Part shown: in pieces, positions 21,581 to 30,830 of the stretch
Layout of the letters: the number at the start of each line of letters is the position of its first letter
Numbering within the stretch: position 1 is the stretch's first letter
From: an uncultured Planctomycetaceae bacterium
GTDB lineage: Bacteria; Planctomycetota; Phycisphaerae; SM23-33
Assembly: GCA_964536835.1 (NCBI GenBank)
Contig: CAZIAZ010000003.1
Coordinates: forward strand, 6,103 to 70,102
Direction of reading: 5' to 3'
Length of the DNA: 64,000 nt
The notes under the pieces: generated by a model
What the model was told of the DNA's origin: nothing
The model's database searches: none
Seen by the model: the letters and a program-made list of their open reading frames with translations, nothing else
Made by a program: the position numbers and the translations under genes

Positions 21581-23512
21581 TCATTCGACTGCCGCTTCGC
21601 AATGCTGCTGGATTTCATTGCCGACGTCTTCCCATCGCACCCATAACTCGTCGAGCCGTTTTTTGCAGGCCTGGTAGTCAAGCGAGAGTTTTTCGACCAA
21701 CTGCATGTCGCCGGTGACGCTGGCTGATGATATTTCGTCATTCATTCCGGCAAGCCGGCGTTCGAGAGAATCGATATCCGTTTCGATATCAGAATGCTGT
21801 TTCTGAAGTTTCTGGAGCAGGTTATTGCGTTGGCGCGATTGTCGGTATTGTTCCTTCCGTTTTTCCTTGTCGGCCTGTCTGGATTTATTTTCCTGCTGCG
21901 GCGAAGTCGGATTGCCGGCTGAGTTTTTACAATAATCCAGGTATGCCTGCCAGCCGCCTGAAACTGTTTTGACCGTGCCGTCCGCAACTATCCAGATGTC
22001 GGTAGCAATTTTCTCTATAAGGTATCGGTCATGGCTGACGAAAAGCACACTACCTTCGAAGTCAGCCAGTGCCTGTTGGAGAGTTTCCACCGACGGCATA
22101 TCGAGGTGATTCGTCGGCTCGTCGAGCATCAGCAGGTTTGACTCCATCAGAAGCAGCCTGGCAAGAATGACGCGACTCCGCTGGCCGCCGGACAGTTCGG
22201 AGATTTTCCTGGCCGCCGCTTCGTCGCCGAGCTGCATCGCCCCCAGCGCATCCATCGCCTGCCTGCCGGTACAGCCCAGCGCCATTACCGCCTCCATTGC
22301 CGTCATGTCCTGCGCCAGTTCAGTATGAGCCTGCGAAAGATAACCCGGTACGACATTCGCCCCCAGCGTCACCTTGCCGCCGAGCAGTTCAAGCTCGCCA
22401 AGTATCGAACGTAGCAAAGTGGTTTTGCCGATGCCGTTAGCTCCGACGATGGCGACCCGACGGCCTTTGACGATTTCGAGTTTTTCGGCTTTCACCAGCG
22501 GCTGAGCCGGCGAATAACCCACGGCGATATCCTCAGCCCGCATGACTATGTCGCCGGTGGTTTTTCCGGTTCGGAGTTTGAGCGACATGGTTTCGGGGCT
22601 GACGGGTTTCTCGATTGCCTCTTCGGCGATGAACCGTTCAAGCCGCGTACGACGGCCTTGCGCTTCCTTCGTTCGTTGGCCGGCGATGTGGCGGTTGATG
22701 AAATCACGCGTCTCGGCGATGTATTCCTGCTGCTGCGTCCAGATTCGCATGCGTTCCTCGTAACGCTGCTGTCTCTTGGGCAGAAATTCGCTGTAACAGC
22801 CGCGATACGTCTCCACGCCGCCGCGGGCGACCTGCCATGTAGAGTTCGTCACCGAATCCAGGAAATAACGGTCATGACTGACGACGACAAGTACGCCCGC
22901 ATAATTTTTCAGCCAGTCTTCCAGCCATTGTGTCGCTTCGATGTCCAGATGATTCGTCGGCTCATCGAGCATGAGGAAGTCGGGATTTTTAAGCAGAAGT
23001 GCGGCTAGCGAGGCGCGGGTTCGTTGGCCGCCTGAGAGCTCGTCCAGCCGACGGCCTCTGAGTTCGTCAGGAAAATTCAGGCCCGACAGCGTCCGTTGAA
23101 CACGGCTGACGTGGTCGTATCCGCCCAAAACCTCAAACTGCGTCTGCAATTCGCCGAGCCGTTTCATGTCGTTTTCGTCATGCCGGCCAAGCCGCGCCGT
23201 TATCTCGTGAATCTCCCGCTCAATATCGTGCAGGGCGGCAAATGCGTCTTCTATGGCGTCGTCGACGGTTTTTCCAGGCGGCGCGGGCGGGTCCTGCGGC
23301 AGATACGCCGTCGTGAGGCCTCTGCTCATGTGAATGCTGCCGGAAACGGGCTCAAGCTGGCCGGCTAATATTTTCAGCAGCGTGCTTTTGCCTTCGCCGT
23401 TGGGGCCTACGAGTCCGACCTTGTCCGACTCGCCAAGGCGAAACGAAACGTCGCGCAGGATATACTCGGCGCCGAAGGACATGGAAACATGTTCTGCGAT
23501 TACTAGTGACAT
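21581..23512 (-). CDS. ABC-F family ATPase (tandem ABC domains, no TMD; Uup/EttA-like)
   Basis: Two Walker A motifs (GPNGEGKST and GANGIGKTT), two LSGGQ signatures and a coiled-coil C-terminal extension. Confidence 0.9.
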   Translation of the reverse strand: MSLVIAEHVSMSFGAEYILRDVSFRLGESDKVGLVGPNGEGKSTLLKILAGQLEPVSGSIHMSRGLTTAYLPQDPPAPPGKTVDDAIEDAFAALHDIEREIHEITARLGRHDENDMKRLGELQTQFEVLGGYDHVSRVQRTLSGLNFPDELRGRRLDELSGGQRTRASLAALLLKNPDFLMLDEPTNHLDIEATQWLEDWLKNYAGVLVVVSHDRYFLDSVTNSTWQVARGGVETYRGCYSEFLPKRQQRYEERMRIWTQQQEYIAETRDFINRHIAGQRTKEAQGRRTRLERFIAEEAIEKPVSPETMSLKLRTGKTTGDIVMRAEDIAVGYSPAQPLVKAEKLEIVKGRRVAIVGANGIGKTTLLRSILGELELLGGKVTLGANVVPGYLSQAHTELAQDMTAMEAVMALGCTGRQAMDALGAMQLGDEAAARKISELSGGQRSRVILARLLLMESNLLMLDEPTNHLDMPSVETLQQALADFEGSVLFVSHDRYLIEKIATDIWIVADGTVKTVSGGWQAYLDYCKNSAGNPTSPQQENKSRQADKEKRKEQYRQSRQRNNLLQKLQKQHSDIETDIDSLERRLAGMNDEISSASVTGDMQLVEKLSLDYQACKKRLDELWVRWEDVGNEIQQHCEAAVE

Positions 23513-23675
23513 CGGTCTTAAATCCGGAGATATACGGCTTTAACAGGGTTTATTACGGTTTATTTTTTGCATCGGCAGGCGGGCATATCCGCCGGCAGGC
23601 CATCACGGTATCGCTGCGAAACGGATGTGTCAATGTTTTTTGGGACAATTATAACGGCTGCGTGATTTTTCACTA

Positions 23676-23833
23676 GAGCATTGAAAGATTGAGAGTTCAT
23701 ATTTTTGCGCCAGTGGGTTTGTTCGTGGCAAGGAAGGAAAATGAGGCATACTTGGCAGTATTCTGAAGTTTTTCTGACGCAGCCACGGACAAAGCAAACC
23801 AGCAAAAAAGGAACTCTCAAGATTGAACTGCTC
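23676..23833. mobile_element. MITE-like element, copy 2 (158 bp, flanked by TA/TA)
   Basis: It is identical to copy 1 apart from its flanks. It sits in the divergent promoter region between the ABC-F gene and the htrA-like gene. Confidence 0.7.
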
Positions 23834-24058
23834 TAATCGTTATTTGGGCCGGCTGACACGGTTATTGCGCAGTCTGCCGCAAACTCTAATTTCTTGTTTG
23901 TAGAACGCTTATCGGGTAAAATACCGCAATGACAGGTTTTTTAATATGATATCTATTATGCTATGTTTTAATTCGCAGAGTTCTTTTTAAAGGAAGCCGG
24001 TATATATTTGGCCGGTACGCATGTTAAAAAAATGTATTTTTTCACAAGGAGCCGGCGT

Positions 24059-25423
24059 ATGTTGAAAAGATGTTTCATCGCGGCAGTTGGAATTTTTTTT
24101 GCCGCGATTGCTTCGGCAGGAACGCTTCCGATTAGCGGCGGCGTGGATTTCAGGACTGTCGTCAAGAGTGCCAAGGACAAGGTCTTTCCAGCCGTCGTTT
24201 ACATAAAATGCCTTATGGAAAACATGGAGTCCGGCAAGAAAGTTACGCATGAAGTTGCCGGCAGCGGCGTAATAATTTCCCCCAAAGGCGAAGTGCTGAC
24301 CAACTGGCACGTTGTTGACAAAGCCGTTGAAATCCGCTGCCTGCTCCTCGACGGCCGATATTTCGACGCCGACAAGATAGGCCAGGACAAAGACACCGAC
24401 CTTGCCCTCCTGCAACTCAAATACCCGAAAGAAAAGCCGCAGAAATTTATCTACGCCGAACTTGGCGATTCAGCCGGCATGCTTGAAGGTGATTTCGTGA
24501 TGGCGATGGGCGCGCCGTGGGGCCTTAATCGCTCGGTTACGATGGGCATAATCGCCTGCACCAAACGATACCTGCCCGATAACAGCGAGTACAGCTACTG
24601 GTTTCAGACCGATGCCGCAATCAGCCCCGGCAACAGCGGCGGCCCGCTGGTTGATACCGACGGCAAAGTCATCGGTATCAATACGCGCGGCATTATGGTC
24701 GGCGGCGATACAGGATTTACGATTCCATCCGATACAATCAAGCTGATAATTGCACGGCTGAGGGAATTCGGCGAAGCTAACTGGAGTTGGACGGGCTTGC
24801 AGCTTCAGCCGCTGAAAGATTTTAATAAAAATATCTACTTCGAAGGCACACAGGGAGTCATTGTCGCCGAAACCGACCCTGAAAGCCCGGCCCGACGCGG
24901 CGGAATCAAACAACGCGACAGAATTATCGAAATAAACGGCACGCCGGTGACGGCTGCATGGTCGGAGGACTTGCCTGAGATACGCAGGCTTATCGGGTTG
25001 CTGCCGAAAAACAAGGATGCCGTCTTCAAGGTCATCCGCGACGGCAAAACCCTGGATTTCAAAATCAAACCCAGGAAGAAAGGCAAAGTCGAGGGAGAAG
25101 AACTCGAATGCCCCAGATGGGACATCACAGTAAAGGCAATCAACCAGTTTGACAACCCTGACCTGTATTTCTATTGCAAACAGGGTGTGTTTGTATACGG
25201 CGTGAAATATCCGGGTAACGGCTCGGAAGCGGGACTGGGCCAGCAGGACATAATCCTCAAGATAGACGGCAAATCCGTAAAAACGCTTGAAGACGTCAGA
25301 AAAATTAACGAGCAGGCTATCAAGGATATCGACAAAAATCACCGTATGATATTTACCGTTCTGCGCAACGGCCTTATGCAGCAGATTGTAGTGGACTACG
25401 CCAGAGATTATGAGAAAGAATAA
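24059..25423 (+). CDS. HtrA/DegP-family periplasmic serine protease with PDZ domains
   Basis: AGGAG precedes the ATG at 24059 and a signal peptide follows. The catalytic triad context is H (TNWHVV), D (DLALLQL) and S (GNSGGPL). Two PDZ-like regions lie C-terminally. Confidence 0.85.
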   Translation: MLKRCFIAAVGIFFAAIASAGTLPISGGVDFRTVVKSAKDKVFPAVVYIKCLMENMESGKKVTHEVAGSGVIISPKGEVLTNWHVVDKAVEIRCLLLDGRYFDADKIGQDKDTDLALLQLKYPKEKPQKFIYAELGDSAGMLEGDFVMAMGAPWGLNRSVTMGIIACTKRYLPDNSEYSYWFQTDAAISPGNSGGPLVDTDGKVIGINTRGIMVGGDTGFTIPSDTIKLIIARLREFGEANWSWTGLQLQPLKDFNKNIYFEGTQGVIVAETDPESPARRGGIKQRDRIIEINGTPVTAAWSEDLPEIRRLIGLLPKNKDAVFKVIRDGKTLDFKIKPRKKGKVEGEELECPRWDITVKAINQFDNPDLYFYCKQGVFVYGVKYPGNGSEAGLGQQDIILKIDGKSVKTLEDVRKINEQAIKDIDKNHRMIFTVLRNGLMQQIVVDYARDYEKE

Positions 25424-25468
25424 AATTATTCAGAAATGCTCGAAAATACTCGAAAGGAATTTTTGATT

Positions 25469-27868
25469 ATGAGTATCGATATTATTATAAAAAATAATAA
25501 AACTAAAAAAATCGTCGGCTTGATGCTGGCTGTGTCGATATGCATGCTGCTTCTGAGCGGGTGCAAAAATGCGGACGATAAAAACAGGAAGTCGGAAGTC
25601 GACGAAAAACAGCTCGCCGCAATCAAAACCATTCGAAATGCCACCGTCATAGTGGAAATAGACCTTCAGTACGATAAGGGCGAATCGCCATATGCCGGCG
25701 GCGTGGATTGCGAGGATCTCGTCCAGCAGGAAAGGCCAGTCAGGATGGCTGGCGTGCTGGTCAGCGACACTGAAGCAATCACGCTCGACCCCATGATTGA
25801 AAAACGTTTCGTCAAACAGATTCGAGTCTGCACGCTTGATGAAAAAGTGGACGCTACTATTGATTCATACCTGAAAGAGCAGGGCGGAGCGGTTTTGAAA
25901 TTCGCCGGCAAACTCAAGGGCGTAACGCCGCTGGTTTTCGACGTAAACGCCAAGGACCGGCTTTACGTGTTATCCAGCCAGAGCGACCCGAACAATCCGG
26001 CGAAGGATTGGACTTTCAGCGGCTCGAAACTTGCCGTCTCGCCGATTCTGACCCTCGACAGTGAAAAGCCGTATAAATACATCGGTGCAAACGACCTGTT
26101 TCTCGTCGCCGATGCTGACGGCAAATCGGTCACGCTCGGCGCTCGACGCAAAACCATAATGCCGCTCGACGAGAAATGGAAAGTGGCGCCTGCGGATTTC
26201 CTAAAAATCTCCGCTGCCGACCTGCGGAAACTTCAGGATAAGCTCAAGGCTGAATTCGAGAAGAAAATCTTTCGCGTAGCCTTGAGTTTCCGCAGTCCCA
26301 GGAAAGACGTCAACGAGCGCATGGCTGCCCGTCTTGCGGAAAATGACGAAGAAGCCGATAAGACCGAACGCGATACGTTAGGCATTGCCATAGGTGAAAA
26401 TCGCGTGCTGGTGCTGGCCAAGTTGTCGCAGAAATCGACCGCCAGGCTGCAACGGGTGCGAGTCTATCCGTCAGGGAAGGAAATAGTCGCAAAATTCGAC
26501 AAAACACTTAAAAATTACGGCGCATTTATTGTCAAAACTGAAAAACCGCTGCCGGCAGTTCAAAAATTTCGCAAGGTCGACACCAACGACGTTCTTTACA
26601 GCCTGATGCTCGTAGCCATGCCGCGAGTGCAGGGCGAATCGGTATTGACGTATTACAACCATACGCGAATCAATTCGGATGAACTCGGCTGGCGTGATAA
26701 TATCTATCCGCACATATTTTCCGCCAACGAATCGGATTCGTTCGTATTTGACACTGACATGAATCTCATCGCCATGCCTATGGCGAATCGGCCTGAACCA
26801 GGCACGGAAGAGCGATGGAATCGCCGGCGAGAAACGTCGCTTACTTATGCGGCGCAGCTTTCGCAGATATGGGCAGACAAATTCGACGACGAGGACATCG
26901 ACAAATCAAACGTACCGCTTAGCGAAGAAGACGAATCCCGCCTTGCGTGGTTGGGTGTCGAACTTCAGCCGATGAATCAGGATCTTGCCCGTATAAACAA
27001 GGTTTCCGAACAAACCCAGGACGGATCGTTCGGCGCAATAGTTTCGTATATCTATCCTGATTCGCCGGCGGAGAAGGCAGGCCTTGAACTCGGCGATATT
27101 TTACTGCAACTCAAGGTCGTAGACCAGCCGCGGCCCGTAAAGGTCGAGGTCGGAACGTATACCTTCGGCAGCCGGCCTTTCCCGTGGAACGAGCTGGACC
27201 AGGTGCCGGAACAGTATTACGAATACATCCCCACTCCGTGGGTGCCGGCGGAAAACAAGTTCACGCGTGCCTTGACCGATATAGGTTTCGGCCGCAAGTT
27301 TACGCTGGAATATATTCACGACGGCAAAGTGTGCCACAGGGAATTCGTCGTTACGCAATCGCCTGAGCATTACGGCACAGCCAAGAAGTTCAAGTCAAAG
27401 GCACTGGGCCTTACCGTAAAGGATATGACCTTTGAAGTGCGAAGATATTTCCAGGTTCTGCCCGACCAGGCTGGCGGAGTGATTATATCCAATATCGAAC
27501 CTGGCTCGAAGGCTTCCGTGGCTGGCCTTAAACCGTATGAGATAATAACGCATGTTAACGATATGCCGGTAAGCGATGTGCCGCAGTTTAAAAAACTGCT
27601 CAAGACTACAGCAGGCGAACTCAAACTCGGCATAAAGCGCATGCAGAAAGGCAGAGTGGTCAAAATCCGAATGGCCGTCGGGCAACCGAACGCTGCCGCA
27701 AAAAAAACGACTGCACAACAAGCCCAGCCGACAACTCAGCCAGCTAATATGGAAAAATCTCAGATTAAAAAACCGGCAGCGCCGAAAAATGTGACGAATA
27801 AAACTGTAGAACAACCGGCAAAGTCAACCGTAGACACGCCGGCGGAAAAAGACATTTCGAATAAATGA
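25469..27868 (+). CDS. Large PDZ-domain lipoprotein (hypothetical)
   Basis: The lipobox signal is LLSGC. Two PDZ-like segments are present (YIYPDSPAEKAGLELGDILL and ISNIEPGSKASVAGLKPYEIITHVN). The C-terminus is low-complexity and Lys/Pro-rich. Confidence 0.6.
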   Translation: MSIDIIIKNNKTKKIVGLMLAVSICMLLLSGCKNADDKNRKSEVDEKQLAAIKTIRNATVIVEIDLQYDKGESPYAGGVDCEDLVQQERPVRMAGVLVSDTEAITLDPMIEKRFVKQIRVCTLDEKVDATIDSYLKEQGGAVLKFAGKLKGVTPLVFDVNAKDRLYVLSSQSDPNNPAKDWTFSGSKLAVSPILTLDSEKPYKYIGANDLFLVADADGKSVTLGARRKTIMPLDEKWKVAPADFLKISAADLRKLQDKLKAEFEKKIFRVALSFRSPRKDVNERMAARLAENDEEADKTERDTLGIAIGENRVLVLAKLSQKSTARLQRVRVYPSGKEIVAKFDKTLKNYGAFIVKTEKPLPAVQKFRKVDTNDVLYSLMLVAMPRVQGESVLTYYNHTRINSDELGWRDNIYPHIFSANESDSFVFDTDMNLIAMPMANRPEPGTEERWNRRRETSLTYAAQLSQIWADKFDDEDIDKSNVPLSEEDESRLAWLGVELQPMNQDLARINKVSEQTQDGSFGAIVSYIYPDSPAEKAGLELGDILLQLKVVDQPRPVKVEVGTYTFGSRPFPWNELDQVPEQYYEYIPTPWVPAENKFTRALTDIGFGRKFTLEYIHDGKVCHREFVVTQSPEHYGTAKKFKSKALGLTVKDMTFEVRRYFQVLPDQAGGVIISNIEPGSKASVAGLKPYEIITHVNDMPVSDVPQFKKLLKTTAGELKLGIKRMQKGRVVKIRMAVGQPNAAAKKTTAQQAQPTTQPANMEKSQIKKPAAPKNVTNKTVEQPAKSTVDTPAEKDISNK

Positions 27869-27951
27869 AATCGTGTAAAAATAGATGCCCAAACAACCTT
27901 CAGGGTACAGAGTGCCTGTGAGATGCTCCCTGTTTTGAAGGATAACTACCG

Positions 27952-28701
27952 GTGGCGATAATCAGAGTTCATTCGATAGAGACCATGAGTGGCCAGGACG
28001 GCCCTGGCGTGCGGTGCGTGATTTTTTTGCAAGGCTGTCCGTTACGATGCACTTATTGCCACAATCCGGACACATGGCCGGCGGCTGGCGGAAAAGAATA
28101 TTCGCCGCAACAGCTTTTTGACATCGTGTGCAAATATAAGCCGTATTTCAAAAATCGCGGCGGCGTCACATTCTCCGGCGGCGAACCGATGCTGCAGGCT
28201 CGCGACCTTGTGCCGCTGTTTCAATTATGCAGTGAAAATAACATTCATACCGCAATAGATACCAGCGGCGCGGTGCTTAATGAGAGCGTCGAAGAATGTG
28301 TAAAACTGGCGGACCTTGTTTTACTGGATATCAAGCATCTTCATTCCGACGAATTTCACACACTCACCGGCGGAAGACTCGAAAACCTGCTGCAGTTCGT
28401 TCAAATGCTCAGCCGCCATGCCAAACCTACCTGGATTCGACAGGTGATAGTGCCTGACTGGAATGACACCACTAAGGATATGGATGAATTGGCGGCATTT
28501 CTCGCCGACAAACCGTTTGTCCAAAAAGTCGAACTTCTGGGATATCACAAACTTGCAGACGCGAAATATCTTGAGCTCGGCATGACTCCACCCATGCCGG
28601 ATGTGCCGGCAATGATGGATATGCGGCTGGCCGAACTGCAAAAATATCTGAATGAAAAATTAGCTGGTTTGCGCATTAATAATCGCAGCAATGCCAGATA
28701 A
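27952..28701 (+). CDS. pflA: Glycyl-radical enzyme activating protein (pyruvate formate-lyase activase PflA-like, radical SAM)
   Basis: DGPGVRCVIFLQGCPLRCTYCHNPDTW and the 249-aa length closely parallel PflA. No glycyl-radical enzyme gene is adjacent. Confidence 0.75.
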   Translation: MAIIRVHSIETMSGQDGPGVRCVIFLQGCPLRCTYCHNPDTWPAAGGKEYSPQQLFDIVCKYKPYFKNRGGVTFSGGEPMLQARDLVPLFQLCSENNIHTAIDTSGAVLNESVEECVKLADLVLLDIKHLHSDEFHTLTGGRLENLLQFVQMLSRHAKPTWIRQVIVPDWNDTTKDMDELAAFLADKPFVQKVELLGYHKLADAKYLELGMTPPMPDVPAMMDMRLAELQKYLNEKLAGLRINNRSNAR

Positions 28702-28925
28702 CTTTTTTGTCGTCAATTTTCTATTTGACTACATTTTTGTAGTATCACTGCTTTCGTTACCATCTTTTATCATTAATGTTCTCTTTGATTTTATGTCGAT
28801 AAACATTGTGTAAAATCGATGTATTTTTATTTTTATGGTCTTTGGCATGGCGTGTGCACAGGGAATTCCGAGTTTAAGTTTGTAGCCTTGTTGGCTGCAC
28901 AATAAAGTATTCAGGAGAATATGAA

Positions 28926-29948
28926 ATGGCACGATTAGGAAAGACGGTTCTTAGCCTGGCAGTGTGCCTGGTTGGTGTATCATGGGCGTTGGCGGAGGAT
29001 GCCGCGCCGAAATCACAGTGGCTGTACGCGATGACTGATTCGGAAAAAACGCCTGAAGCTCAAACTATCGACACCATGGACGTAGCTGCGCCGGTCAGCG
29101 AAGAAGGCTGGAAAAAGCCCATTCCGGTTTCATTCAGTGTAGATTACACGCTGGTGAGTGATTATATATTCCGCGGCATTAATTTCAGTGAATATCCTGG
29201 CGAAGGCAGGGAAAAGCCGAATAACCAGATGACCGTAGGCACTGAACTTGATCTCGGATCGTTCGGCTATATTGGCGGTTCGGTCTGGTTTGAGTGGTTT
29301 GCCGGCCAGGAGCATCTTAACAGTGAAGGCGACTCGAAGAATCTCCAGGAAGTGGATTACACCGTTTATTACGGTTACAATATCGAATCAATCGGCGTCA
29401 ATCCTGAAATCGGGTTCATATGGTACGAATTTCCGCGTTGCGATGAAAACTGCGACAGTACGCAGGAACTGACCTTGAACCTGGCATTCGATGAGAGCGT
29501 ATGGCTGCGTGCCATGGGCATAAATATGAAGGAATCGATATTGAATCCCTATCTGTTCATGGCTTTTGATTTGAATCTTGCCGCCGGCGCAAGCTATTAT
29601 GAAACCGGCTTAAGCCATGATTTTGCACTGGCGGACTTAGGCTGTAGTGGTGTACCGGTATTTAAGGATATTACTCTTACTCCTAGCTGGTCGATGTCAT
29701 GGCAGCATAACTGGCTGAACAAGTTTTCGGTCGATTCGAGTGCCGGTTCACGTCGCAACTTCACCAGCATGAACAATATGCAGTGGGGCCTTGATTTGAC
29801 GTATAACATCAAAAATGCGTTCAATATACCCGACAAGTATTGCGGCGAGATGTATGTCAAAGGATTTATTTACTACAGCCAGGCTCTTCAGAATCAGTAT
29901 CTGAATGATGAATTCTGGGGCGGCATGAGCGTAGGTTACAGCTGGTAA
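28926..29948 (+). CDS. Putative outer-membrane beta-barrel protein (porin-like, hypothetical)
   Basis: It has a signal peptide and alternating amphipathic beta-strand patterning. The C-terminal aromatic residue (...SVGYSW) is typical of beta-barrel OMPs. It is preceded by an AT-rich promoter region. Confidence 0.5.
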   Translation: MARLGKTVLSLAVCLVGVSWALAEDAAPKSQWLYAMTDSEKTPEAQTIDTMDVAAPVSEEGWKKPIPVSFSVDYTLVSDYIFRGINFSEYPGEGREKPNNQMTVGTELDLGSFGYIGGSVWFEWFAGQEHLNSEGDSKNLQEVDYTVYYGYNIESIGVNPEIGFIWYEFPRCDENCDSTQELTLNLAFDESVWLRAMGINMKESILNPYLFMAFDLNLAAGASYYETGLSHDFALADLGCSGVPVFKDITLTPSWSMSWQHNWLNKFSVDSSAGSRRNFTSMNNMQWGLDLTYNIKNAFNIPDKYCGEMYVKGFIYYSQALQNQYLNDEFWGGMSVGYSW

Positions 29949-29997
29949 AACTAGAGATTACCCAGGGTTTACTCCCCGAACGCTTCATTCCTTTAGA

Positions 29998-30040
29998 CCG
30001 AAGTTCCGCACGGTTCAGCCGGGCGGAGCTTCGGTTTTTT
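29998..30040 (+). terminator. Rho-independent terminator after the OMP gene
   Basis: CCGAAGTTCCGC-acggttcagccgg-GCGGAGCTTCGG forms a hairpin followed by TTTTTT. Confidence 0.55.
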
Positions 30041-30207
30041 GGTAAAATAGTCGTGTTTTACGGATGCGACAATAAAATGCAATATGATGGACACACCTGG
30101 CTAACTGTTGTCTTGCCAGGCTGGAAAACGGCAGTCAGTCTTTCATCTATAGCGGTTCTTGTGAAAATCTTGGTGCATTTTAAACTTGCTCTGCATCATT
30201 TCTGCTA

Positions 30208-30365
30208 GAGCATTGAAAGATTGAGAGTTCATATTTTTGCGCCAGTGGGTTTGTTCGTGGCAAGGAAGGAAAATGAGGCATACTTGGCAGTATTCTGAAG
30301 TTTTTCTGACGCAGCCACGGACAAAGCAAACCAGCAAAAAAAGAACTCTCAAGATTGAACTGCTC
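30208..30365. mobile_element. MITE-like element, copy 3 (158 bp, flanked by TA/TA)
   Basis: It differs from copies 1 and 2 at a single position (A for G in the run aaaaaaGgaactc). It lies in the convergent 3' region between the OMP gene and lptD. Confidence 0.7.
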
Positions 30366-30382
30366 TAGCTGCAACTTCGTTC

Positions 30383-30440
30383 TGCTGCGTCAGGCTGCAT
30401 CGGAATACGGGCAGTATTCCTGCTTCGCCTTCCTTGCATA
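30383..30440. repeat. Family-B intergenic repeat, segment (gcgtcaggctgcatcg ... ctgcttcgccttccttgc), copy A
   Basis: It shares two blocks with 62976-63036. A related partial copy lies at 30704-30775 (ctggcggcgt...ttccttgccagc). Confidence 0.5.
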
Positions 30441-30770
30441 GCTCGTTTCGCCAACGCATAAAAGTGTCGTATCTCAAGTTTAACATGCTCTAAAGTGTTC
30501 CGATAGATGGGACTTTTATTATCAGGACTCGTTGCAAGTTTCCATCTTTGTATTATTTTTAAGAACTGCGATGCCTGTTATCGATTTACGCAAAAGCTGA
30601 ATGGCACAAAAAAACCCGACAAATGTTGTCAGGCTTTTTTTATATCTTTTATATGTAGACCTATCCCAAAAACCTTGGCTGGCTGCAATCGGCTCTTTTG
30701 CAGCCTGGCGGCGTTAGAAAAACGGCAGAATATCCTTAAATATGCTGCCATTTTTCTTCCTTGCCAGCCA

Positions 30771-30826
30771 GCAAAATTGCTCGATTTCGGCGACGCCCAT
30801 GTTTTTGGGATAGGTTCTAAATTTGC
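30771..30826. repeat. Family-B intergenic repeat, segment 3 (caaaattgctcgatttcggcgacgcccatgtttttgggataggttcta), copy A
   Basis: It matches 62783-62838 at roughly 47 of 50 positions. Its right arm pairs with ctatcccaaaaacc at 30661-30674 to form a ~150-bp hairpin. Confidence 0.55.
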
Positions 30827-30830
30827 GATG

